Assembly: GCA_034780895.1 (NCBI GenBank)
Contig: JAUZTB010000033.1
Location: forward strand, 10,447,477-10,511,476
Source of the DNA: Rhynchobatus australiae
Lineage: Eukaryota
Direction of reading: 5' to 3'
Length of the DNA stretch: 64,000 bases
The notes below the pieces were generated by a model. It worked only from the letters and a program-made list of their open reading frames with translations. It did no database searches and was not told the DNA's origin. The translations under genes were made by a program, and so were the position numbers. Numbering within the stretch: the stretch's first letter is position 1; each line of letters opens with the position of its first letter. Below are positions 1 to 12,262 of this stretch, one piece after another.

Positions 1-193
1 AAAAGTCTCTGACTGTCCACTTGATCTATGCCTCTTATCATCTTGTACACCTCTATCAAGTCACCTCTCATCCTCTTTCTCTCCAAAGAGAAAAGCCCTC
101 GCTCACTCAACCTATCCTCATAAAACATGCTCTCCAATCCAGGTAGCATCCTGGTAAATCTCCTCTGCACCCTCTCTAAAGCTTCCACATCCA
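1..193 (-). mobile_element. CR1-type LINE fragment (ORF2 C-terminal region)
   Basis: Minus strand encodes DVEALERVQRRFTRMLPGLESMFYEDRLSE...; near-identical to copies at about 25.1-25.3 kb and 29.95-30.13 kb. Confidence 0.9.
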
Positions 194-1194
194 CCCCCTC
201 ACTTCTAATGACCATATTATGCCAGTGTGCCAAAGGGAATAATAGTCACCTACATTATGGAAGAAGAGGCAGGGGAAGAAAGTATTAAATTGAAGCCTAC
301 AAAATTGAGAGAGAGATTGAGATAGGGCAGGAAGGAAATATTTCCACTAGCAGAGGGGTCAATAAATGTTGGGGTTGTAGACATAGGAAGAGTAGTGGAA
401 GTCGAGATACAGTGTTCCATTGGAAGAGAGTGTGGGTCTGGAACTCTGCCTGAGGCAGGAAATCTTCATCATATTTAAGTAGCCGGAAGGGCAGACCACA
501 CACCATGAACTGTAGGACAACAGCCAGGGCCAGAGGTTGGAATGATTCCAAATCATTTTATTTTGTAGCTAGAATGGACGAATGGGCAGAAAGGCCTGTT
601 GCACTGCAAATTCCTGCATGTCCAACGGCCTTGTGACATATTCCACCTGATTTCCTGGTGCTCATAGAACCTTCCCCACACAAACAACAACAACAAAAAA
701 AATCACTGATCATTTCTTTAAACACACTAAATACTGGAAAAGATGTCCTGAAATTGAGTGTACAACATAGACTGGTTGGGCTGTAGGGCCTATATCTGTG
801 TTGTATTGCCCCAATGCCTCTATAATTAAATTCACTGTATAAATCTGATTCTGTCTCAGAGCAACTGACCACCAACCAATGAAGCACATCTGAAGTTGAC
901 TCACTGCAGGAGACAGAGCAGCCAAAATTGCTTACATCAAGTTCTCACTAAATAAACCTTTCAGTTGCTGGTTGAAGGCAGTTCATTGGCCAGGAGCCCA
1001 GCAGATCTCCTCCGTGGTATGATAGTAGGGCTGCAAGAGAGTTCATATCCACCCAGAAGGCAGATGGAGCCTTGGCTTAAGAACATCACATTAGATACAG
1101 GAGAAGGAATAGAGCACCTGGCCCCCTGGGTCTGTTCCATCACTCATCTTTTAGACATTATCCCCATATCCCTTGATTTCCCATAATGTTTAGA

Positions 1195-2019
1195 CGGTGA
1201 AGATTACCAAAAATGACAGGGCATCTCGATCAGCTGGATAAGTGGGCTGAAGATTGGCCAATGGCTTTCAATTCGGATAAGTGCGAGATGTTGCAATTTG
1301 GGAAGTCACACTGGGGTAGACTTACAGGGTGAATGGTCAGGCCCTGGGGAGTGTTGTGGAACAGAGGGATTTAGGAGTACAGGTAAATAATTCACTGAAA
1401 GCGGCATCACAGGTAGGCAGGGTGAAGGTGGCATTTGGCAAGCTGGCCTTCATCATCAGTCAGAGCACCGAGTATGTTGCAGTTGTATGTTGGTGAGACT
1501 GCACTTGGGAGTATCCTGTACGGTTTTGGTCGCCCTGTTATAGGAAAGACGTCATTAAGCTGGAAAGAGCGCAGAGATTTACGAGAACGTTGCCAGGACT
1601 CGGGGGCCTGAGTTATAGGGAGAGGTTGGGCAGGCTGGGACTTTATTCCTTGTAATGTAGAAGATTGAGGGGTCACCTTATAGAGGTGGACAAAATCATG
1701 AGGGGTATAGATGGGGTGAATGCACAGAGTCTTTTTCCCAGGGAAGGGAAACTAGAGGGCATAGGTTTAAGGTGAGAGGTGAAAGATTTAAAGGGGACAC
1801 AAGAGGCAGCTTCTTCACACAGAGGGTAGTACATATATGGAATGAGCTGCCAGAGGAAGCGGTTGAGGCAGGTATGTTAACAATATTTAAAAAAACATTC
1901 GGATAAATACATAGATAGGAGGGGGATAGGGGCCAAATGCAGGCAAATGGGACACGCTAGGTGGACAGCACGAGTTGGGCTGAAGGGCCTGTTTTCATGC
2001 TGTATTACACCATGACTCT
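1195..2019 (+). mobile_element. CR1-type LINE, decayed 3' portion with tail
   Basis: Frameshifted ORF2 C-terminus (LDKWAEDW, EQRDLGV, LERAQR) and the typical gaagggcctgttt...tgctgtat...atgactct tail. Confidence 0.85.
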
Positions 2020-2660
2020 GCAACTTGATATCTATCAACCTTTGTTCTGAATGAACTCAATGCCTGAATCTCCACAGGGGTAGAGAATATCAAAGATCCA
2101 CTAGTCTCTGAGAGAATAAGTTTCTCCTCATCTCAATCTTAAATGACCCATCCTCATTCTGAGACTGCCTCCCCGGTTCTGGACCTCCTCAGCCAAAGGA
2201 CGCGTTAGAGAGAACCCTGCACAAATCCTGCCTCATTCGGCAAACAGCATCTCCGACAATGCATCGCTCCCTCACATTTCTGGGGACCGGAACATCAGCC
2301 GACATTTTTTGTGCTCGAGCCTCTGGGACGGGAGTTAAACGCACAATCGCTTGACTCAGTGGCAAGGAAACTGACAACTGAGCCACGGTTAATAGAGCAG
2401 AAATCCCACATTTTTAATTAGCAGCATCGATCCAAGATTGCCAGTTAGCTGTTTTAATTTATCATCGTCTCTGTGGAATGGCATTCATTTTGGAAGGGGA
2501 CATTTCACCCTTTCCTGGTAACAGTCATTAATTTCAGTGATCATCTTCCATCAGCAGATCAGATGTCACACTGCTGGCCAAATTCCAGGTATATCTTGGA
2601 GGATTACATTTCAAACATTGTTTCTTCCCTTCACTGAGGGGATGGCAGTTCATCACAAAA

Positions 2661-2752
2661 CAAAACCCTTACCAGTAAAGTATTTCCACAAAATCCTTAC
2701 CAGTAAAGTATTTCCACAAAACCCTTACCAGTAAAGTATTTCCACAAAATCC
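2661..2752. repeat. Tandem repeat, 28-bp unit, about 3.3 copies
   Basis: CAAAAYCCTTACCAGTAAAGTATTTCCA starts at 2661, 2689 and 2717, with a partial copy at 2745. Confidence 0.95.
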
Positions 2753-3117
2753 ACAATTATAAACAGATTTTTTTTTACAAGTAGGGCGTGCAGCAATCAA
2801 ACATGGAGTGGCAGGTTTTGGTGAATAAGTTTGCTGTTAGTCATTCTAATGAGAGCTGGCAAGTCACAAGATCAGGAAAGCAGCATTGAAATGTGTGGTT
2901 GCATCCCACAATGAAGAAATTACAGAAAATACTAACTGGCAGATTCTCCAGCGTAGGTGTCATCTGCAACCTCACCAAGCCATAGACCGTAGGTTCGCTG
3001 CAGACAGACTTGGACTCAGTTTAACATCAAGAATGTGCTGCAGTGTCAGAGCTGCTGGCTTCAGAAGTCTTGAAAAGACAAAGAGTCACAGGTGCTGGAA
3101 GTCCTCAGCCTCCTCCA

Positions 3118-3456
3118 CTGGAGGAACAGCACCTCATTTTCCATCTTGGAACCTTGCAGCCAAATGGCATGAATATTGAATTGTCCCACTTTAGGTAATC
3201 CCCATCCCCCTTCTTTTTCCCAGCCATTTTTCCCCCTCCCTCTCCTTATCTTTGACCCATCCCCCAGTGGATCTGCTCTCCCCTCCTCCTGCTCACCTGC
3301 CTATCATTATCTACCTCTTACCACCCTGTGCTCACCCCTCCTTTGTCCACCTATCACTGCTCTGCTTTTCCCTGCTATATATTGGGCTTCCCCTCTTCCT
3401 ATCTGGAAGGAGGGTCCTGACCCGAAACGTTGACCGCCTGCTTTTCTCCACGGATG
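3118..3456 (+). mobile_element. Penelope-like retroelement 3' remnant (GIY-YIG C-terminus plus terminal repeat with hammerhead-like motif)
   Basis: 3118-3198 encodes LEEQHLIFHLGTLQPNGMNIELSHFR*, the typical Penelope GIY-YIG tail. It is followed by a pyrimidine-rich spacer and GGGTCCTGACCCGAAACGTTGAC. Confidence 0.75.
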
Positions 3457-6289
3457 NNNNNNNNNNNNNNNNNNNNNNNNNNNNNNNNNNNNNNNNNNNN
3501 NNNNNNNNNNNNNNNNNNNNNNNNNNNNNNNNNNNNNNNNNNNNNNNNNNNNNNNNNNNNNNNNNNNNNNNNNNNNNNNNNNNNNNNNNNNNNNNNNNNN
3601 NNNNNNNNNNNNNNNNNNNNNNNNNNNNNNNNNNNNNNNNNNNNNNNNNNNNNNNNNNNNNNNNNNNNNNNNNNNNNNNNNNNNNNNNNNNNNNNNNNNN
3701 NNNNNNNNNNNNNNNNNNNNNNNNNNNNNNNNNNNNNNNNNNNNNNNNNNNNNNNNNNNNNNNNNNNNNNNNNNNNNNNNNNNNNNNNNNNNNNNNNNNN
3801 NNNNNNNNNNNNNNNNNNNNNNNNNNNNNNNNNNNNNNNNNNNNNNNNNNNNNNNNNNNNNNNNNNNNNNNNNNNNNNNNNNNNNNNNNNNNNNNNNNNN
3901 NNNNNNNNNNNNNNNNNNNNNNNNNNNNNNNNNNNNNNNNNNNNNNNNNNNNNNNNNNNNNNNNNNNNNNNNNNNNNNNNNCCCTGCACTAATTTTGTAT
4001 TCTGTCTATACCGTGTACTTGCACAATTTTTTTGTCTTGTGTTTATTGAATGTTCTCTGTTGTGTGAGTCTGGGGGAAAACGACATTTCATTCCTCCATG
4101 TGTTTTTCTAGCACATGGGTGAATGACAATAAAGTATAACTTGAACTTGAAAAGCCATGCTGGAAAGGAGAGATGCAGAACACAGCAGCAGCTGGAAACC
4201 TGAAACAAAAAAAAAACTGCTGGAAATAGCAGGTCTGGCAGCATCTGGAAAGTGAGAGAAAGTTCTAGATGGAAAACCTTTTTAGATGTTTGCGATGGCT
4301 CACAATAGAGCAAGAGTGGTTTCATGCCCTGGCCAACACTGACTAATAGAAGTAGCTGTGCATTGATTTCATTGTTAGTGGCATTTGCTGTGGGCAAGTT
4401 GGCTGAAATTATGACTAAGCAAAAGGACCTCGCTGCTTGCAGAGTGGGTTGGGGAATAAGGAACAGAAGCAGCCACATCGCCCTTGAATCTGTTCCACCA
4501 TTCAACATCCTGGTTGATCCTGGGCATCAAACTCACCTTCAAGTCCAACTTCCACAGTGTCCAAGATCCTAGCAACATTAGCACTGAGGTCTGAACATTT
4601 TAGTTTTAACNNNNNNNNNNNNNNNNNNNNNNNNNNNNNNNNNNNNNNNNNNNNNNNNNNNNNNNNNNNNNNNNNNNNNNNNNNNNNNNNNNNNNNNNNN
4701 NNNNNNNNNNCCCCAGGAATGAAGACTAAAAAACACCCCAGAAAATCTACCTCCAAAATTTGTTTTTCTTTTCTTCACAATGACAACATTCTGATGGCAA
4801 TATATTTTGCAATGTCAACTGTATTTTGAAAGCTTTCATTCTGTGTTAAGACAGGTATTGTACACAGACCATGTGACCAAACACATGTTTGTGGGCACAA
4901 CAGGAACAGCTCAGAATGATGATGCTGGATGACTCATGGGTGGGACGATGGGAATCCAACTGATAAAATCCAAGGGCAACGATTTTGAAGGTCCAGTTAT
5001 TACTTGTTATTAATAATTTAGTTGCAATTTAATTATAGAAAAAATAAGTCACGTCGATGCATTTGCCCAATTTTAAATAACCAAAAGCACCTGATTTTGT
5101 TCATCTACTAAATAAATACCTTGAACAGAACCAAAAATACAAATGAGTAATTCAAGAGCAGAATATAGTCAATGACTGAGCACCCATAGTCCCCTGATAG
5201 AGAGAATTCTAACATACATTTTTTTAAAAATTCTCAGCCCTAATGACTTATCCCAATTGTGCATCCTCGGTCCAGACTCCCCAGCCACAGGAACAACTTC
5301 ATGGCAGCAACCCCGCCAATTCCTCTCAAAATCTTGAAGTGATCCCCCCAAAAATTGGGTTCTACAGGTCAACTTATGCTAATGCCACACTCGAAATTCA
5401 TTTAAGCCTAATATGTGAAATATTTCATAGTTTTAACCAAGTCTTAAGCTTCATTAATGCAGCTGGCATTCAGAACACAGAAACTAGAGTTGAATTATAA
5501 CCTTAAGCATTTTACTTAATTTTTCACAAACAATATCTGGTGTTCACCAGAAATCCAAGAACAGCCCAAAAACATAACTTCACTATTAAAAAGTTAGAAG
5601 TTTTTCTTCTTAAAACGTTCGCAGGTCTCCCATATATAGCTGTTGATTTCAAAGGACAAAGAAATCATTGGGAATGATCTAACTTTTGCAGTGACAATGA
5701 TGTACCCAACACGCTGAAAGCTGGACNNNNNNNNNNNNNNNNNNNAACAAAGCACTCTTCTTGCATCCTGTTCCAGATGTTAAGCCAACCACCTCTCCCC
5801 CGCCCCGCCCGCTCTCCCAAAGATCCCAAGGAACTAGTCGGAATGGTGGAGGAACCACAGCCAGTCTTTCAAATCGACATTCCAAAAGCAGATAATTTAT
5901 TATCTAAATGCTCTTTGCGGGATATTATTGTACACAAACTAGCCGCCTCGTTTCCTGTTATTAAGACTTTATTAGTTGTTGAACACTGGGGCATCTGATG
6001 CGCTGAAAGGCACTTTGCAAATGCAAGTCTCCCTCTTAAAAGCCACAAAATACTGGTAATAATTCCCTTGTATTACCTTGCGAAGAGCATTCAGTCAAAA
6101 AACATAAGGAACACCCTTCGCAATCCTATAATAAGACACAACTCTGCTTCAGAACAGCAAATTAAAAGCGAGCTGGGCAAAAAAAAAAAATTCAGACTCC
6201 CCGATTAATATCTGGCTGGCGACTGCAGGATCCTGCTGTATTTAAGGGGCCTTCTGATTTCCCAACAAGGCTCAACACATTGTAAGTGT

Positions 6290-7135
6290 TTCAGCCGCCG
6301 CGGGTGTCCCGGACAAGAAAGGTGCGAGTTGAACACATTTCCCCCAGTGTGAAGCGCTGCCCCGGGTCGTGGGCTCCGCTCCACCAAAGAATGCAGCCGC
6401 GGCCCCACCCCATCCCATTCCTGGGCATCGGCAGCCTACAATCCACCCCCAGAGAGGGGGGCAGCCTTGCCCGTGAAGGGGGAGGGAGAGGCTGTACCGA
6501 CCGCAGCCACGGCGCCTAGAGCCAAGTCCAGCACAGGGCTCGGGGCGCAGAGCAGATCAACGCGCTGCCTCTCCCTCCCTTCGTGAAACATCCCCCTCCC
6601 TGCAGACGGATTTGATGCAATAATGCTTCAGTCGGAATCCGGATCACACACCTCACCTCCTCCCCATCCTCTTCCTCCACCACCCCCCCCCAAAAAAAAA
6701 ATGACCCACACCAGACATTGCAACTTCCCATCCTGTCTCAAGGTATGCAGCAACACTCCACACCCAGGGACACTGTGCACACAAAGTGTATCAGACCCTA
6801 ACCTTCCTTGAAACCACAGGCCTGCAATCACTTACCTTGCACTCAAAGTTACGCTGGGTTCCTCCCTGTTTTGCCCTCTCCCTCTCTCTCTCTTCCCAAT
6901 CTCCCTCTCTCTCTTTTTTTTGCTGGATCCTTTGGTCGCAGTTTCCGTCTCTGCTTCACACACACTTCCTGCACCGATCACGTGTTTCAATCAGCTGTTC
7001 CCATCCCAGCCTCCCTGTCTCACATCCCTCAGGCTCCCATAGAAGAGTGGGCTGTCCTTCCTCACCAACTCCCCCCCCCGTATGGCTTATTCAAAGAGCT
7101 GTCACTTCTCTCCGTGAAACAAAGGCCAATTGGAA
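6290..7135 (-). promoter_or_regulatory. CpG-rich TATA-less promoter region
   Basis: Clear local CpG/GC enrichment at about 6290-6650. E-box CACGTG at 6979-6984, ETS CAGGAAGTG at 6963-6971 (minus), palindromic CCAATTGG at 7126-7133, C-run/GC-box-like sequence near 7071-7080. Confidence 0.65.
6836..6990 (-). other. Non-coding first exon of the downstream gene, probably cortactin by synteny (5' end approximate)
   Basis: Consensus donor AAG|GTAAGT at 6836 next to a CpG-rich tract, with no ATG in the exon. In human, PPFIA1 is followed on the same strand by CTTN. No CTTN coding sequence is in the window. Confidence 0.55.
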
Positions 7136-7322
7136 TCCAGAAATCTTTTTTTTAATATAATTATTTTTGTTGCAGATGAAGGGTCTTGTTGTAGTCCCTA
7201 AGTGAAGATCTGGCTCAAAATTTCAAAGGTCCTAATTTTTCTCAATGACTGATTCCCCCCCCCCCGGAATTTAATGCTCAATTTCAACAAAACAAGATAA
7301 AAGCATCCAATCGTCAAAACAG

Positions 7323-7950
7323 ATGTATAGTGCCCAGCCCATCACAGACTCATCACTTCCTTCCACCCGGCCCATCTACACAGTGCGTTGCTTCAGGAAA
7401 GCTTGTGGTATCGTCAAGGATGCCCGCCACCCAGGCCATTCCTTTTTCTCTCTTCTACCCTCTGGGAGAAGATACAGGAGCTTGAAAGTCCAGACATCCA
7501 GACCCAAGAACAGCTTCTTCCCCACTGCTATCAGACTTCTGAACCAGTCACCTCTTCCACACCCACTCCCCAGTGGTGCTGTCATGTTCTCCAACCCTTG
7601 ACTCTACCCTTCGCATTATGCCACCTTAGCATTTCTTATGAAGTCGTAGAATCATACAGCATGGAAACAGGCCCTTCAGCCCAACTGGTCCATGTTGACC
7701 AGGATGCCTATCCAAGCTAGCCCATAACCTTCTGAACCTTTCCTATCCATGTACCTGTCCAAATATCTTCTTGCACTACCTCAGTTTGCGCTGCTAGAGT
7801 TTGCACCACTCTGTTGTTTTGCACCCGTAATCGTATTTATTGTTATTATTTATTATTACCATGTATACTGTTAACACTGTGAGCTTCACGCAAGCAAGGA
7901 ATTTCATTGCACCCTAGTGAAAATGACAATAAGCTAATCTGAATCTGAAT
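7323..7950 (+). mobile_element. Rex1/Babar-type LINE 3' end, interrupted by a CR1 tail fragment (about 7642-7770, minus)
   Basis: Peptide CFRKACGIVKDARHPGHSFFSLLPSGRRYRSLK...KNSFFPTAIRLLN is the characteristic Rex1-clade C-terminus. Ends in gacaataa...(tctgaa)n. Confidence 0.8.
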
Positions 7951-8723
7951 CCCCAACTATGAAATTAATGGATGGAGGGAAAATGGGGAAATAAGGAAAT
8001 CTGCCATCCCAGAAGATGAAGCCAGCTTTGACTGAGACTGCAGATGTTCTGTGCTGCTAGAATATAGAAAATAGAATAATGTTATGCCAAACTAATTAAA
8101 CTAGCAATTAAATGCCTCATTAAACTACTCCCTTCTGCCTACATAAGGTCCATATCCCTCCTTTCTCTGCATATTCTAAGAGCCTCTTAAACACCCTTAT
8201 TGTATCTGCCTCCACCACCACCCCTGGCAGCACATTCCAGGCACGTACCACTCTGTAAAATCTGTAATGTTTATAGTACTGGTTGGTATCATTTTAAGAA
8301 TTATNNNCATGAGAACGAGTGCCCATTGTGTTGCCAATATGTTTTCTTTCACTGTAGAACTTGCCAGGATCTGCCTGCCTGTGTGGGAGTGGAAATGCTG
8401 TTGAGAGTCTATGTAAGTTCCTTTTATTAATGAAGTCCCTTGTTAGTTTAATGAACCTCCAGTATCTTCATGAGTGAATGAATGAAAGGAAGGTGCAGAG
8501 ACATGATGCCAGAAATGCTGTTGGATGAAACCATGAAATTGAGACCCCATACAGGAACCGGAATACTGAAAGCTCAACCTGATACTTGGCAAATGAGGAA
8601 CCATAGATGTGCAGCAAGAGACAGAGTATGTGTGATTCAATTGAGATTGTGCTTGATGGAACAAATAAAGATGTATAGGCCACTGGATTTCCAGGCAAGG
8701 AATCTGTTAGAACAATTTTTTTC

Positions 8724-9006
8724 CTAGAGTTGGGCCATTGAATTAAGGTGAGGGGGAAGAGATTTAATAGGAACCTGAGGGGCAACTTTTTCACCCAGAG
8801 GGTGTCCTGTATATTGAATGCAGTAGTGGTTAAGGCAGGTACTGTACATTAACAACATTTAAAAGGTACTTGGACATGTACGTGGATAGGAAAGATTTAG
8901 AGGGATATGGGCCAAATGCGGGTAAATGGGAATAGCTTAGATGGGTATCTTGGTCAGCATGGACCATTTGGGCCGAAGGGCCTGTTTCCGTGCTGTATGA
9001 CTCTCT
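8724..9006 (+). mobile_element. CR1-type LINE 3' end
   Basis: ...FNRNLRGNFFTQRV... remnant and the ggccgaagggcctgtttccgtgctgtatgactct tail. Confidence 0.85.
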
Positions 9007-9756
9007 GACGCTAATGGAGTTGATGGAGGGAATAGTTTTATCCTTAATGTTACACTGCTTATGACAAATAAACCAGCCCATACAAAAGTAAACACATTGT
9101 TGTATCTCATCATGGGTGAGAATTTTACCACACAATAAAGACTCAAATGAGATCCTGGAGGATGTATTGTAGATACATTGCAATCCATCTAGAAATGAAA
9201 GCATTAACTGTTACCAGTCCTNNNNNNNNNNNNNNNNNNNNNNNNNNNNNNNNNNNNNNNNNTGGAAGGATGATTGTGAGTTGACAATTGCAGTTTTGCA
9301 GATCTGAAGGCCTCACAGAGCAGAGGTCTGAGAGTCCAACCTGAGGGAATAGTCATTGCAAGAGACAAAGTGCAAAGGTGCAGAGTTATCCAAAGCCAGG
9401 CACCCAAGTGTTGACAAGTATTATGGCAACCAAAGAAATGCCCTGCGTATGGGAAAGGTGTAGGCAAAGTGGCTTGGAAGATCATTTCTACATGGAATGC
9501 ACAATGACAAAGACATCAGAAGTCCATGAGGTGGAGGGAGAGAAACTGGGCCACATTCAGTTGGAAGCCATACACCTGATGGAAAATGTAGTCCATTTTG
9601 TGGAAGGAACACCCATTGTTCACATTTCACCTTGATTCAGGATCAACACATTTTTTTCAATGCAAGCCGTCAGTCTTAAGGAGGTGCATTTGGAACCAAT
9701 GAGCTGGGTCCTGGCAATCTACAAGAGGAAACTGAAGCCTGTCGGGAGCTACAAGA

Positions 9757-10050
9757 GTCACTGAGTCACGGAGCATGAAAACAGGCCCTTTAGCCCACTG
9801 GGTCTGAGCCAGCCATCAAGCACCCATCTACACTGATCCTATGCTAATCCCACTCCATTCTCCCTACAGACCCCTCAGCTCCCCCCCAGATTCTACCACT
9901 TACCTGCAGCTAGGGGCAATTTACAGGGCAATTAACCAACATCTCATTGGGATGTGGAAGGAAACCAGAACACCCAAAGGAAACAAGGAGAATGTGTAAA
10001 TTCCACACAGACAGCATCGGAGAGCAGGATCAAACTATCGGCTGCGCTAC
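9757..10050 (-). mobile_element. SINE (HE1/V-SINE-like) with CR1-derived tail
   Basis: Minus strand has the V-domain-like ggtttccttccacatcccaa core and a gggctaaagggcctgttt tail. Confidence 0.7.
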
Positions 10051-10779
10051 TGTTCTGTCCTGCTCACTGAAAGTGGTGAACCCAAAGAGCCAAGAGAGAT
10101 GTAATGTGGATTTCATCACAGTAAACAGGAAAAGATGCCACCCCGTAGTTGGAGGTAGTGCAGCCCAGATAGGCTGATAACGGGACACCACAACTGGATT
10201 GTGTAGAGTGCTTCAATGCAAGCCATCATTTTTTTCTGTGCAACTAAGATGAATATACAGATGTTGTTCATGCAACAGGGAAATCAGTAGTGCAATGAGG
10301 TTCAAGAAGACAATTATTATTATTCATAAAAAAATAATATATACAAAAGAAGAACACAGCTCAAAGCTCTGTATGTTCTTGGTGTTGTTCAGTCNNNNNN
10401 NNNNNNNNNNNNNNNNNNNNNNNNNNNNNNNNNNNNNNNNNNNNNNNNNNNNNNNNNNNNNNNNNNNNNNNNNNNNNNNNNNNNNNNNNNNNNNNNNNNN
10501 NNNNNNNNNNNNNNNNNNNNNNNNNNNNNNNNNNNNNNNNNNNNNNNNNNNNNNNNNNNNNNNNNNNNNNNNNNNNNNNNNNNNNNNNNNNNNNNNNNNN
10601 NNNNNNNNNNNNNNNNNNNNNNNNNNNNNNNNNNNNNNNNNNNNNNNNNNNNNNNNNNNNNNNNNNNNNNNNNNNNNNNNNNNNNNNNNNNNNNNNNNNN
10701 NNNNNNNNNNNNNNNNNNNNNNNNNNNNNNNNNNNNNNNNNNNNNNNNNNNNNNNNNNNNNNNNNNNNNNNNNNNNNNN

Positions 10780-10950
10780 CTCTGGTTTCCTCCCACATTC
10801 CAAAGACGTATGGGTTAGGAAGTTGTGGGCGTGCTATGTTGGCGCCGGAAGCGTAGTGACACTTGTGGGCTGCCTCCCAGAACATTCTACACAAAAGATG
10901 CATTTCACTGCGTGTTTCATTGTACATGTGACTAATAAAGATATCTGATC
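10780..10950 (+). mobile_element. SINE 3' part (V-SINE-like) with gtacatgtgactaataaag tail
   Basis: ggtttcctcccacattccaaagacgt core. The same tail recurs at about 23700-23815 and, inverted, at about 38085-38118. Confidence 0.65.
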
Positions 10951-11789
10951 TTATAAGTCAGTCAGCAACATTCCCTTTCAGATATCTCACTGTGCTGGAA
11001 GACCATCAGGTTTCGGGCAGATAAAAGAACATCTTTCATTGAGTTGATGATCTTCCGGCAGCACTTGATGTCCATCTCTGCGTGTGTCCCTGGAACAGCC
11101 CGTAGATTAGAGGTCCTCTGCTAAGAGGGTCTGGCAAAGTTTGCAAGGGTCCTGGTCACGGTTCATCCCGAGCAGATACAAGAAGACAAATCCAGAACAA
11201 GAGGTGCCAGAGCCCTGCTATCTCAAAAGGTTGGAGGTGCACAGAGGACAAAGCCCACATTAGATCACCACGAGAAAGCAATGGTGACTCAACACCCACC
11301 AAGAGATGTGAGGTCATGATAGAGACAGGCATCAAAAATCAAAATAGACCTTGACTGGGAAGGACAGTCTATAAACCCAAGTATCTGAAGGACCTTGAGG
11401 CAGAGTAAGGCACACAGAAACTGGAGAGGTAATTTTAATGAATTTTTCATTATAAAAGAAGAATGTACAAATAATATTGATTGTAACACTTCAGGGATTA
11501 TAATGTGTGACCAACTGCTCTCCGATACATTGTTTGTATAAAACTGCCGATGTGGCAGGGAACACACAGAAGGAAATGCTGTCTTTGTTTCTCATTTACT
11601 TGCAATGTATTTTATTAATTTAATTTCTGGCCATCTTCCAGAATCTTACTGAATGAAAGAGAGGAAGGTAGGAGGATAAAATAGTTCAGAGTCCTGGGCA
11701 ATTTACAACCAGGGACCATTGTGCATGTTTGATAGGCATGGATTCTACTACCTTGCCTTGGAACACACAAGCCTATGGGGCAGTCAGGA

Positions 11790-12262
11790 GAGTGACAGAA
11801 TATTCTCCACTTGCCTTGACAAGTGCAGTGCTAACACTGAAGAGGTTCAACACCATCTGGGACAGTGCAGCCTGCATGACTGGCACCACTGACTTACTTT
11901 GACTGCAGTACATAACATCTACAAAATGCATCACAGTTACTTGCCTAGGTTACTCCAACAACACTTCCCATTACCACGAAGAAAGATAATGACTTCAGGT
12001 ACTTGGGAACACCACCACCTTCTGGTTTCCCTGCAAGTTGCATATGATCTTGACTTTGAAATACATCAGTGGGTCTTTGTCATCACCGTGTCTAAATCCT
12101 GGAGGTCTCTACTCAACAGCACTCTGGGAACACCTTCAGCAAAAGGACTGCAGCAGTTCCAGTGGGTGGCCCACTACTGCCTTCTCAAGGGCAGTTAGGG
12201 ATGGGTGATAAATGCTGGCCTTGCGAACAATGTACAGATCCTGAAAGTGAATAAATTAAAAG
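11790..12262 (+). mobile_element. Old CR1/L2-type LINE 3' end
   Basis: Decayed ORF (IYKMH...LPRLLQQH...SKSWRSL...GLQQFQ) and a cttctcaagggcagttagggatgg...aataaa tail. The same tail is at about 56.7-56.9 kb. Confidence 0.65.

Noticed and set aside
176-193. ATGTGGAAG on the minus strand as a possible cortactin start (MWK...)
   Set aside because: It is part of the CR1 DVEALERV motif and does not continue as cortactin.
2661-2752. 28-bp repeats as a possible CRISPR array
   Set aside because: The units are directly adjacent with no spacers, there are no cas genes, and the context is vertebrate. It is a minisatellite.
3252-4508. Long ORFs of 200-370 aa here and at 10.3-10.9, 12.2-13.1, 16.1-16.8, 38.1-38.8 and 45.1-45.7 kb
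   Set aside because: They are artefacts of translating N runs (poly-X), and their flanks are repeat-derived or non-coding.
6205-7160. Overlapping 60-124 aa ORFs in the GC-rich region
   Set aside because: Low-complexity products typical of CpG islands, with no recognisable homology.
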